Of a stretch of 64,000 bases of DNA, positions 1 to 11,405 are shown in pieces. Every line of letters starts with the position of its first letter. The first letter of the stretch is position 1. The notes below the pieces were generated by a model, which saw nothing but the letters and a program-made list of their open reading frames with translations, had not been told where the DNA came from and searched no databases. The position numbers and the translations under genes were made by a program. Origin of the DNA: Raillietiella orientalis (taxonomy: Eukaryota); NCBI GenBank assembly GCA_036172245.1, contig JAYWIR010000001.1, forward strand, positions 4,650,001 to 4,714,000, given 5' to 3'.

Positions 1-1079
1 ACACGAGGGGCATTTTTAACTCTTCGGGCCGAATGGAGAAGAGTTCATCCCAACATTCCAGTCCTTTGGAGAGGGTTCTTGCTGTTGCCGTGTCAGCCAG
101 CTGACGTGAAGTCCAGCCACCGATGGGTTTCCTGCAGGCCGAGATCTCGCAGGAAACCTCCCAATTCGCCGGCAGGCTGGTGCCATATACCTCGATAGTG
201 GAGGACACCGCTGCAGCCAAGGGGATGGCTGCTGGGTAAGCCAACGAAGTCAGCTCCCTATCCACCGCCTCCAGTGTTCTTCCGCTGTTCTTCCAAAACT
301 CTTGGCAGCGGGTAACTTCCGGGGCCCGGGTGAGCTGGGCCGATGTTCTCACTTTCTGCTGCCTCCAGTTCGGAGTGTCCGCGGGGCGGCAACGAATCCA
401 CGTATTCGCTCTCACCAGAGCAGCGACACACCGGAGAGGGGAAGCCGCGAGATGGGAGGGGTGGGTGGTGGCACGCAAACAGGGTTGCGAGTGCTTCGCC
501 ACCGACCGCCAGCCGGGAGAGCAAACGTGCAGGGGAGCACGAATGGGTGGCCCAATTCTTTGCCACGAAGACCAGTCTTCGAAAGTTCAGTTGAACTTCC
601 ATGAGCCCCAACGTCAGGAGTCGAAGTCCTCCGCAGCGACGAGGAGTGAGAGTGCTGCGATCGCAGCAATCTGTTGCATCCGCGCCATAGTGACAGTCCA
701 CCGTGTGTTAGAAGCAAGTTCGTGGCGAAGAGAGGCTGTCAGCATGGCAGTAGCCCTCATGAGAGCAGCCGCAAGGTGGCCTCATATTCCAGAAGAAGTA
801 GCCAGGGAGATTGCCACCATCCAGGGCCGCTTCTAGAGAGGAAGGGGCGTCTCATACCAAAGACCCCCATCCTTACCCTCCCGTCTTTTTTTTATTTATT
901 TATTGTCCACTCCCTCCGTTCCCTACTTTTTCAGAAGCCAGCCTGCATATCGGTGGTTATCTCGGACGAGCTTTTTTTTTTTTTTTGGAGTTTCTTGTTC
1001 TTCGAGGGGACACCCTTCTTTTCCTCTTCCTTGTAGTTTATGTTTTCGAAATAAACGTCCCAACGTAACCGGGTTCGAA
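1..1079 (+). mobile_element. 3' part of decayed L1/Tx1-type LINE (CCIR...RWPH family), running off the window start
   Basis: ORF 330..836 ends in AAIAAICCIRAIVTV...MRAAARWPHIPEE, a peptide recurring at other loci. A pyrimidine-rich 3'UTR (~870-1045) follows, then the terminal motif AATAAACGTCCCAACGTAACCGGGTT at 1050-1075. Confidence 0.7.
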
Positions 1080-1599
1080 TCTCGAGATTTCAGAGCACGA
1101 GGCGGAGTTCCTCAGGAATTCCAAGTTTGCGATCTCTTTTGATAGCTGGGCTGCAAGGTTGCCATGAGAATTCCTATGTGGTGAGCATTTGGGGATGACC
1201 CCAGCGCGAGGCGTTGCACCATCGAAAACGTCCTCCGGAACGAAACAGTGCGGGAAAGTCTCCGAAAGGCGGGAACAATGGAAACAAAACAAACAAGCAA
1301 ACAAACGGAAATAGAACAAGAAAAGGATGATCAGCGAGATCATCCTTTTCTTGTTCCTTAGGCGACAATAAGCTCTCCTCCGTCCAACAAGGCTCGAGAA
1401 CGGGATGGACGAATAGGGGAGAGCTGTTCTGGAGCAAGACTGCCGAACAGGAAGACGCGACACCGCAATGGTTGCTGATCCAAAGTGACTGTAGTTGAAA
1501 ATGACCGCTTTTTTCCCGGCATCTGGTCCTGCATAAAGGAAGACGGGGCTTCCTTTTAAGGATAGGTTGCAGGGTCGTCGAGAACCTGCACCAGCTTTA

Positions 1600-2520
1600 C
1601 TCTTTGGGCATTATTTGGTCAATTAAAAGGTCAGAAGAATTGGACGCTTAATCGACTTGCCAGGAACTCTTTCTCCCTCACCCGAAGGTGGCATACCTTC
1701 TGAGTAGTGGTAGCTGGAGCAAGGAGTTCGGTACGTTTTCTTTCGATACCGTGGATCCATAGGACTCCTTGCGTGTGAGGTTGCCGAAATATCATCTCAT
1801 CTGAAACTTCAGTTTCTTTTCTCAAGAGGATTTACCTCATCTTGAGGAAGGTGGAGCAAAGGTTTCACCAGTCCCAGGTTCATCTTTTTCGGTAGTCTAC
1901 CAGAAATTATGATGAGATTTGATTGACCAGCACTTCCCGAAGCGCATCCTGATTCGATGGCAGAGGAGTAAATGGTACATTGCATCAAAAAATCCGCATC
2001 ATCTATCTTTTCACCTCTTTCTCAAACGCTCCCATGGAAGTACTACTGACGATTTTTAACTTTTCTTCTGGATCAGTCATTCCTTTTGACCTGCTCAACA
2101 ACCGACTAGGTTGGTCAACGGTAATTTACTGGAGTCTCTTCCGACGCGGAAATGGTTTGGTTCTTGCGTGACAACCCAGGAGCGTGCAGTTCGACTGTTT
2201 TCCTGCAGCAAGAGATGCCGCAACACTTGAACCAAGCCCACCACTAACCACAGAGATTCATCTTTTCTCTCCGACTGCATTTTTGATTTTTTTCCCCTTC
2301 TTTTCTTTTTAGTAAGTGATGTCATCGTCCAGTCTTTTTTATAATTTGCAACTTTTTTTTTATAATTGAAGACGTAGGGTCACTGCCGTATGCTGTAGGC
2401 CGGGTAACCTCACAATGGAATCGAGCGCAGTCCGCAGGCTGTTCCTCGATAATTTGTGGAATTCTTTGATTTATTAGACCGCAGACGTTCGACTGGAGTC
2501 TCCAGCAAGACATGGCTTCC
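1600..2520 (-). mobile_element. decayed LINE ORF2 endonuclease (APE-like) N-terminal region
   Basis: Minus-strand ORF 2322..2525 reads QSNVCGLINQR...PADC, resembling the SxNVRGLN start of L1 endonucleases. Downstream motifs are only weakly recognisable and boundaries are approximate. Confidence 0.4.
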
Positions 2521-2594
2521 ATCACGAGAAGGTGATATGCGTCCGCTTGGAATGCATTCTCCGGGTCGTCTCGATTTCGACTAATTTTCGCTTC

Positions 2595-3365
2595 GCCCGC
2601 GTTGATGGCCGTGTGGTTGCGGTCTCCGCGCGAACGGAACCGAGCATTGAGGGTTCGAATCCTGCCCGGGGAAGGATCGACGCCGAGAAATGGGGGGGAA
2701 GGACATCGTGGATTTCGATTCCCTCCCCCTCAGGATGACGCTGGTTGGCGTCAGGGGCTTCGGGTGTGGCACTGGCAGAAACCGGATGCTCAAGTTGACT
2801 GGACGGGATTGGAAGTTGACCCTCCGGGGTCATTCCAGGAATCAGGGAGCGCCGGTTCCCCTTCGGCTGTGAAGATGGAGCCGTACCATGGAGCTGGTTG
2901 GTACTCTCCTCGGGTGGTTGCCTCTTCAGAGTGTAAGAGACGCTTCAGAGAAATTTGGAGGAGTTCCTTCGGGGTTCTCTTCAGAAAAAGAGAGCAGGAG
3001 CGGTTCCGTTACGGGCTTCCTCCGGAGGAGAAATTCCAGGAGCGGATCCCTCTGGATTCCCTTCGGAGACAACCAGGGCGAGGGTTCCCTTCAGGGTTCC
3101 CTCCCAGGCGTAATAGGGACGGTCTCCTTCCTCCGGAGTCTACCTGGATTCATAGGGTGGTCCCTCCGAAGATGCCCTCCTAACTGGGAGAGTTGCACGC
3201 ACCCTCAGGTAACATAGACAGTGTTAGAGAATTTCCTGAGTCCCCTTCCCTCCCAAGAAGGCGAACGGGTTTTTCAGCACTTAGGGAACCTAAGAGAAAA
3301 AAGAAAACCGAAAAAAAAAAGGCTGGGAGGAAAGCAGCGAAAACAGAACTACAAAGGAATCATCC
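2595..3365 (+). mobile_element. tRNA-derived SINE-like element, near full length (copy 1)
   Basis: A-box-like TGGCCGTGTGG at 2606-2616 and B-box GGTTCGAATCC at 2652-2662 (35-nt spacing). The body aligns by eye with nine other loci in the window. Confidence 0.85.
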
Positions 3366-3439
3366 TAGGCCAACAGTAACGATCTCCTCATAAGGTCGCT
3401 ACTGGCCTTTTTATTATATATCTATATATGTAAGAACTA

Positions 3440-3965
3440 TGGAGAAGGCTATCTTGGGTGCTTTTGAACGCGGAGGACTTTGCCAAGTTCTTTTGCCAAT
3501 CTCCGCAGCAAGTTCTTGCTGCGGAGATTCTTCGTGCGCAGAGGACTCCCGGCAGGTGCCTCGAGTGCTGAGAGATGACGTCCCAGGGCCATCGTCGCAG
3601 CCCTCCATGTGCTGGAACCTCGAGCGCGGCGAAGGGGGGCACCCACGTGGTGGACTCCTGCATCAGGGCGGCTGCGAGGAAGTGGCCTCACCTGCAAGAA
3701 GAAGAAAAGTTGGAGATTTCCGGTATTCTGTGCCGCTGCTAAGCCGCTGTAAAAGTCCCACACCAAAGAGCCCATATCTCCACCCTCCCTTTATTTATTT
3801 ATCTATTGTACCCTTTCCTCCCTCTCTGCATTGCCCCAGTAACCGATCCGTGTGCCGGTGGACCCTCCCCTTCAGCTACTTTTTTTGTCTTCCTTTCGGG
3901 ATTCGCGTTCACAACTTGTTTGCTTATTTCTTCTGAATAAGCCTCCGGTGGAACCGGATGAGAAA
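3440..3965 (+). mobile_element. 5'-truncated LINE 3' end (CCIR/RWPHL family)
   Basis: GAAGTGGCCTCACCTGCAAGAAGAA near 3680 (WPHLQEE) is homologous to 775-800 and 17500-17520. A pyrimidine-rich UTR follows, then terminal motif AATAAGCCTCCGGTGGAACCGGATGAGAAA at 3936-3965. Confidence 0.7.
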
Positions 3966-4249
3966 CTGATGGTACATAGTAGCCGTGAGAGATGAGAGGG
4001 AAGGCATTCTCATGACAGCTCATCTCCTCTTTACTGGTGTCCGGCTGGACGCTGCCGCTGCGTTTCCAAGGGATGGTGGACTTCGGAAGTGAACATCGAG
4101 GCTCTCGTATCGAAGCACCAGATCGGTTCTGGGCAGTACGTCCAGGCCTGAGATTGCCTGGTTCGCTGCCTCCTCTGGGCCGTCGGCCTTCCTAATTCTG
4201 CGAACAGCAGTGCCAGGTCTTGCAGCGTACAGAGGGAAGCGCAGCACGC

Positions 4250-4900
4250 AATGGGGATGAGGTTCAAGAGTGCCAAGTGTTGCGCCTCAGCGACTGAGCT
4301 GCTGTCCAGCGAGGAGGAAGTGGCTGGACAGTATCCCGTAAAGCGGTAAACGGGCAACCTTCCTGCACCCTGATTTTCGAATGCGTTGCCCACCGGAGTG
4401 TCCGGGAACGTTCTTCCGTCCGTGGACTCGCTGGGAGACGAACACGGGAGTGTGCTGAGGTGCCCCTTCACTCGCGGAGGAATATCTCCGGCGTCGATCG
4501 CGGCTTCGTTCTGCTTGTGCGGGGCGGCGGCGGCGGCAAAGAGCCGTGATGATGGCGGTGGTGGGCCGGACGAACGGAGACGCCTTTCCTTCCATTGATA
4601 ATCTACTTTTTGAGGGTCACCATGAGATGGCCGCATCTCTCTCTCAGCGCAAAGAGGAACTTACTGGCATCCCGTAAAGGAAGCAGAGGATCATTTAGCA
4701 AGGGTCAATCGATCCTTTCCTTTCCTTGCCCCTTCAACACTTTTTTTCTTTTGCTGGATAACTGTTTTTGTTTGTTTCCCTCTCCTTTCGCGCTTCCCTG
4801 CGTCAACCTCTTCCGGTGCAAACGGCTTCTGAGCATTGATTCCTCCCAGGACTTGCCGAATTACTGGGATTGCTCTCTTGCTGCGAAAGAAGGGCCTTTT
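4250..4900 (+). mobile_element. decayed LINE 3' region (RWPHL family)
   Basis: IAASFCLCG... followed by FLRVTMRWPHL at ~4607-4640 and a T-rich UTR-like tract. Ends are uncertain. Confidence 0.5.
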
Positions 4901-5489
4901 GTTTCAATTTCGGCTGCTTTGTTGCAAATAGCAATGTTGATTCACGGTGAGCGCCCCGGCGTGATCAGGCGAAAAAACACGCGGTGTTCCTCCCTCGATC
5001 CCGGTGTCTTTCGGCGAGGAGGTGCCAAGCGGTGGTGCGTCAAATGGCGCGGACGCTCAGTACGAATCCCTTACTTACGAAGCAACCGTGAGCGAGCCCT
5101 TACCTTCCCACCCGGCAACGACTTCCGGGTGGTCCTTGCTAAACGGCCACTGGGACACCGCGACAGCCGATCCCCCTCACGATCCACGAAGGCTGCAGAC
5201 TCCTCGAGCCGTCGGCAAAACTGGCCGATCTTCGGTAGAGGTCTTCCTTCAGCAGGTGGCGTTAGGCGTTCTTCACGCCACCGCCGCACGGAGTGGTCGA
5301 CGGAATGAAGACGAAGATCAGGACTCGGAGACATGCGCGCAGCCTGTGGAACTCCCGCCGTCTAAGCGTGCTCGGCACTTCGAAGGACAAAGCCGTGGGC
5401 CTCCTGAATCGCGGATCAATGCTTCTGGATGAAGGAACAGACACCGAGGTCGCAGCAACTGCGTCAGCCGACTGGAGCGAGCTCGGAGC

Positions 5490-6233
5490 TGCATTCTTTG
5501 TGCTGTCTCTCCCTGCCTCTGCCTTTCCAGCCTTCTCTCCCTTTCATCTGCCAGGCAGACGGGAGGGGAAGTTGCTCTGCCAGACGGGATGGGTGCGTCT
5601 GGTCTTCAAGTTAAGGGATACCAGAAAAGACCACCCTATGAATCCAGGAGGGCTCCTGAGGAGGCTGTCTGTTCTATTCTTACTTTTGGGAGGGAAATTC
5701 CGAAGGTAGAGACCTTAGTCTCTCTGGAGGGGTCTCCCGGAGTAGGCCACTCCTAGTTTCTTCCCCGGAGAATACTCGTAAAGAAACACCGCTTCTTGTT
5801 CGTTTCTGTGAAGGTAATCCCAAAGGAACTCTTCCCAATATCCCAATCTCTCAATCGCCTCTTTGATCCCAATCTCTTTGAAGAGTGCTTCTTGCACTCT
5901 GGAAAGGCAACCACCCGAGGGGAGTAACAACCAGCTCCATAGTACGATTCCATCTTCATAACCAGAGGGGAACCGGCGCTCCCTGATTCCTGGAATGACC
6001 CTGGAGGGTCAACTTCCAATCCCGTCCAGTCAACGGGAGCATCCGGTTTCCGCCAGTGCTACACCCGAAGCCTGAGACTAATCAGCATCATCCTGGGGGG
6101 GGGGGGAACTCGAAATCCACGACGCCTCTCCACCCCGTTTCTCGGCGTCGATCCCACCCTGGGCCGGATTTGGAATCGCGACGCTCGGCACCATGTGCGC
6201 GGAGACCCCAGCTGCACGACGGCCCATGCGGGC
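5490..6233 (-). mobile_element. SINE-like element (copy 2, diverged)
   Basis: Reverse complement carries the family core GATCGACGCCGAGAAA and GGATTGGAAGTTGACCCTCC...TCATTCCAGGAATCAGGGAGCGCCGGTTCCC. The B box is decayed. Confidence 0.85.
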
Positions 6234-8084
6234 CTTTCTGCAGAGAACGACCCCTTCCCCCCCAAGAAGGCCGAGAGGACGCGCGTGCCCTTTTGACCTT
6301 GCGTCGGGTACTCAGAATCCGCAAGTTGCACTTCCGGTTTTCCTCACGAGTTTGCATCTGCAACTCACTGGCTCTCTGGCTAGGAGGTTCCGCGCGCCAC
6401 CTGGCGGCAAGTTCGTCTTTTCGGGAGGGTCGGGCTGGCTGCCGGGCGGCCGTTAGTGTGTGCAGAAGGGAACTTCCCTTCTCACCAGCTGATCTTCGCT
6501 CTTCCCGAAGTCCGCACCCTCCCTACCCGCTTCTCTGCCGCTTCTCGGGAGGTTCTTCCAATGCACGGGAGAATGGGAGAGGACTTTTCCTCCCACTCTC
6601 TCCAGCAGGTTTCTGGGGCCAGTTCCGGCGTCCATCATCCCGCCGAACGAGAGAGTAGCGGTTCGCTCTTCTGCAAGATATGCAGGAGGAAGGGAGGAGC
6701 AGAAGGGGGAAGGGAGGAGAGATAGGAGGAGGAGGGGGATGTGTGGGCGTCGGGAAGGATCGAGGCCCTACCCCTGCCCCGCGCACTTCGCCCCGGATGA
6801 AAGTCTCTTCTTCTTCATTCGGGCCAACCATTCATATAATGAAATGCGAGGTGGAGGAAAGGGAATGTATTACAGAGGCCGCAGGAAAACTGTGTATATT
6901 ATTTTGTGTACGTTCATTCGAAAGTGGGGTTTTCTTCACATTGCGGTCACGTTTTCTGAAAGGTTTTCAAGAATGGCACGTTTCACGGGATCCCTTTGTC
7001 TTACCCGGGTTCGCATTTTTATGGCTGCTCCTGTAATTTGAAAGGGGCTCGTCGCGGGAGATAAATAATGGCTAATGTGTACGTACACGATTATCCCTCA
7101 CGGTGACTGCGAGTGTCTCGGAATATTTCATTTCCTTTTCCATTACGAAATGCAATTTCGGGCACACGTGAGAAGGCGGCCCGTGCAGTGGGGTCCTCCC
7201 CCTCCTCTCTCCTTCCTTCCGCGGGCTTCGCGAACCAGCGTCGGGACTTCACCCTCCTTTTCTCTACCGCGCTCCCCCCCTTCCTTTTCCCGGTTCGAGG
7301 CGGGAGGCAGTGGAGCCCCATCCACGTCGCGCGACACCAGACATCGCCGTCCGATTTCGCCTTGCCAGGAGGAAGGAGGGAGGGCGACCAGTCCCCTGGG
7401 TTTTCGCGTCCCCTTGAAGGCCTGCCTCGGAAGCTCGGAGCTGCGGTGGAAGCGGAAGCTCACTCCGTGGGAGGACGGCAAGGGCGCGACGGTCGCTGCT
7501 GGGAAAAGGAGGCAGCAGGGAGCTCTTGCACGCTTGCAACGAGTCGTCAATGCAAGAGCGAGTTCCCCAGTTTCCGTGGAGACGGCCCATCGGGGTCTTG
7601 GATGGACCCTTCGATCAAACGCGGGCCGCAGACAGAAGCAATTTTCGTCGGACAACCGGCCAACACGGCGACACGTCCCTTCCCCCCCCCCCTTCCTTTC
7701 CCACGAGCTCGTCCCTCAGGTGTTTCGGACTGCGCCCGTCACTGTGGAGCTCGGAGACGCGCTCTGATTGACGCCGTGCCTCCCGGAGCGGTTCTCGACA
7801 CCCACCTCCCATGCGAATCGCTACGCACGCGGTCCTGCGACCCCCGCCTCTTTGATTCCTAGAAAAAATCATCCGGTGAGCCTCTCTCACGTTTCCAGGA
7901 CCCTTTACGTCATTTACGCTGACGTCACAGTTGTGATGCTAAATGCGTCTGAACCTCTTTCCGAGGCAAAACGCTCCCGCTGCAACGATGCGAAATATCA
8001 GGAGCGCAAGATCATTAAATAACCATTCATTCGATAAATTTTATTTGTATGAAAGTCGTACGCGACGGTATCGACTGCCCACGG

Positions 8085-8718
8085 AGCTCCTTGACTTGTC
8101 CACGGTACCCTAGGGTGCGTGCAACACTCCCAGTTAGGAGAGCATCTTCGGAGGGACCACCCTATGAATCCAGGTAGACTCCGGAGGAAGGAGACCGTCC
8201 CTATTACGCCTGGGAGGGAACCCTGAAGGGAACCCTCGCCCTGGTTGTCTCCGAAGGGAATCCAGAGGGATTCGCTCCTGGAATTTCTCCTCCGGAGGAA
8301 GCCCGTAACGGAACCGCTCCTGCTCTCTTTTTCTGAAGAGAACCCCGAAGGAACTCCAAATTTCTCTGAAGCGCCTCTTACACTCTCAAGAGGCAACCAC
8401 CCGAGGGGAGTACCAACCAGCTCCATGGTACGGCTCCATCTTCACAGCCGGAGGGGAACCGGCGCTCCCTGATTCCTGGAATGACCCCGGAGGGTCAACT
8501 TCCAATCCCGTCCAGTCAACGTGAGCATCCGGTTTCTGCCAGTGCCACACCCGAAGCCCCTGACGCCAACCAGCGTCATCCTGAGGGGGGGGAATCGAAA
8601 TCCACGATGCCCTTCCCCCCCATTTCTCGGCGTCGATCCTTCCCCGGGCAGGATTCGAACCCTCAATGCTCGGTTCCGTTCGCGCGGAGACCGCAGCCAC
8701 ACGGCTATCAACGCGGGC
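8085..8718 (-). mobile_element. SINE-like element (copy 3), inverted near-identical partner of copy 1
   Basis: 8112-8718 reverse complement matches 2595-3205 with about a dozen differences. The B box is intact. Confidence 0.9.
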
Positions 8719-9055
8719 CGAGATAAACTTAGATGAAACGAAATATCCGTAGATTTTTTTTATAAGCAAATGCAAGATACTGAAAGGCAATAATGAATTC
8801 GAAATGAATAAATCTAATGCAAAAGAGTAAAAAAATTCCATGCTTCTGGAAAATTGAAAAATAAATTTGGATTTATCAGATTCGGGATCCCTCACGGCCC
8901 CAGCACGGTGTGCCGACGCGCTCAAAAGTAACGTCACCGGGACGGAATCCATTCTACCACATCGTTTCGATAATCGAGAACGTGGAGGAGGAGAAGCCAT
9001 CCCACCTCCCCTACATCGCAAGGTGATGACTCCCATGGTCGCCTTATACACGTGA

Positions 9056-11405
9056 TACCAATCGAATTTCGCCGTCAACTGGGGTCCGGAAGACGAAGTG
9101 TGCAGCTCACCTTCCGGGGAGGGTGGTGCGACGGGAGAACGGTGGTGTTTCATCCGGTCAGGTCGATGACTGAAGACTTCGGGGCCGAAAACGATCTCGA
9201 CCTGTTCCCGAACTTCAAACGGGCAAGAAGTTCGGTGCGCCCGGGAGCGACGTCAGTGGAGTCTTTGGTGCTGCTCCTCTCAGAGGATTATCGCTCGGAC
9301 AAACCCCTTAAACTGCTGCGAAGGAGAGGCGCAGACCTTGGCAGTCGACCTCGTGCCAGAGGATGTCAGCCTGGAGTACCACAAGGGAGCGCTCACTCCC
9401 TGATAGACCTTCAGGGAAAGTAGACCCGCACTTCCGGTTTTCCGCGAGCCAACATGTCGAGTCGGGCATCACGAGACGAGGGGTCGGCAAGTATCGGAGA
9501 CGCTCCAGGAATCATGACGTGCCCCGAGGGTCTTTTCGGAGGACTTTCCCATCCTCCCTTCTGCACTCCTTTTTTGCCTCGCAGGAAAGGGGAATGACAA
9601 GTGGCAGGGGTGGGGCAACGAAGGCACCCCACACGGTCAATCCACTTCAACGGGAACGACCTCTGACTTCATCCTGTTTGCTCTCGGACACACTCTCGGA
9701 CAGATTCATCATCTCGAAGAATCGTTCGAGTGCCGCCTGAGGGAAGGACGTGGGCGACCGTCGCGGGAGGTCGTCTGCGCACGGCGACACACGAGACTAG
9801 ACGTGGACACCGGAGAGTAACGAAGCCAGAGTAACGAACCTTTCTTCCTCTTTGGTACGCCGTACGTCTTCAGAAGGCAGAGTCAGCTTTCGGCTTATTC
9901 CAGGATAGCAGGTTTCTCCTCACGGAACGGACCGTAATCCAGAGCAATTTTGTGGCCCCCTTTCCTTCGACCCCCGATTTCCGTTGTCCTCCTCCCAGTA
10001 GCGTGAAGAAACGGGCCGAGGTCTTTCTGCAAAAAGTCATCTGGGGCACGCAGAGGTTCCGAGTCCTCTCGAAGGACTTGTGCTATCCGCGTCGGGACTG
10101 CGGACTCGGCATCCTGAACGCTGGAGGAAGTGGAGCATGAGCTCCAGTTTCAGAAGAGCTCTGGTGCCGATTCAGATCCTGGAAAAGCGAGCATCCGGAT
10201 CGGAGGGACTCATCTCATTCCTCGTTCACAGCCTCTAGAGACTGCCCGCGCTGCGACTGCAGCTTCGGCAGATGACTGCCTTGGCTCGGGACCTTGCTTG
10301 GATCTCCTGCTCTCCGATGAACTGGAGCGCCTGGGAAACAGGAAGCAGCTCAGAGGTGGGCAAGAAATCGAAGGCAGGAGCCTGGGAGAAACGCAACGTC
10401 TACGGCATTCGAGCTGCGCTCGCTGCTCTCTGAAGGAGATGGTGGGTCTCCCGAGGAAGAATCTGTGGGTCCAGAAAACCCCTCTTGCTGCAACGCTGTC
10501 GTCCCTATGGAACAGTCAGGACAGCTATCTGCTCGAAAGATGGGAAATAAACTGCAAGATCTCAGGAAGAAAGAAAAGATTGGGATGCTGGACAGCAAAG
10601 TCAGCTGACCGACTCTTCCACTCCCTCTGCCCTCCCCAAAGGAATTCTGCCCTGGGAGGAGCCTCCCTGGAATCCCGTTGGAGGCAGTGTAGGTGTTCTT
10701 CGGCAGCTGTGTGCCTCCCCTGAAGAGGCAGGATTCGGCGTTGCGACTGCTACATGGGATCATCCTATGCACTGCGCTCCTCCAGCACTGGACCAGGGGA
10801 AATGCGGCCCAGAATGTGACAGGTGCGGACTGCACCTGCTTTTCGAGTCCGCTGCCCTCCGGTGCGTGAGGGAGCGTTTGACTACGCCCCTGAACTTCCC
10901 AGAAAACCACCAGAGGACCTCATTCAGATCTTTGCTTTGTATGGCAGAATGTCGTTGCCGCGGCGACGAGCGCAGTTTTTGGCTACTTCCGAGGAATGAC
11001 GATATCCAGAAGTCTCGTAGACAGAGGCCGGAACAACAGAGAAGCTGCCTCCTTCATCTTCTCCTTCCTAGGAACCGCAGCGAGATGGCCTCACCTGAGG
11101 TACAACCAGGAGGAACTTGCCGGCATCCTTGAGAGGATGCAGAGGTTTCCAGGGAGCAACCTGTGTGTTCCCTCTCAAGCATTTTAGTGCTTTTGTGTTT
11201 CATATGTATTTACTTTTCGTTTCTTTTCCTTCCCCCTAATTTCCTCACGTGGACTTCTTCCGACGACTGCTCCGAGTAGGGATATACTCCGGAACATGCG
11301 GAAGTGGTGGCACTGCTCTGCCATCTCGCACATTATTGAATGACTTATTGTTAAAATTTCTTTTTTTTTGTTTATACAATAAACGCTCCGGCATGACCGG
11401 TGAAA
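9056..11405 (+). mobile_element. 5'-truncated L1/Tx1-type LINE with candidate 10-bp TSD
   Basis: FLQKVIWG...VLSKDLCYPRRDCGLGILN (10024-10120) matches the post-RT FxW...LCxP..GGLGI motif. LRLLHGII...CDRCG..HLLFE (10741-10850) is zinc-knuckle-like, and AARWPHL lies at ~11077. Terminal motif at 11378-11406. ATACACGTGA flanks both sides (9046-9055, 11406-11415). Confidence 0.75.

Noticed and set aside
1071..1082. GGTTCGAATCT as a tRNA/SINE B box
   Set aside because: No A box or SINE body nearby. It overlaps the LINE 3' terminal motif and its flank.
2599..2672. Functional tRNA gene
   Set aside because: No convincing acceptor or anticodon stem, and it continues into a repeated 700-bp body, so it is a SINE head.
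2758..3066. Four CTTCGG hexamers as UUCG tetraloops
   Set aside because: Most lack a paired stem and vary to CTCCGG or CTTCAG in other copies.
2888..3217. Recurring 'MELVG...' ORFs (also 7998..8426, 42963..43169) as a gene family
   Set aside because: They are translations of the SINE body, and frames are not conserved between copies.
3433..3972. TSD AGAACTATGG / AGAAACTGATGG around the 3440-3965 LINE
   Set aside because: Needs two indels in ~11 nt, which is too weak. Similarly weak candidates around SINE copies 4 and 5 were not accepted.
2595..8718. Inverted pair as TIRs of a composite DNA transposon
   Set aside because: Both arms are members of a dispersed family. No flanking TSD or internal transposase was found.
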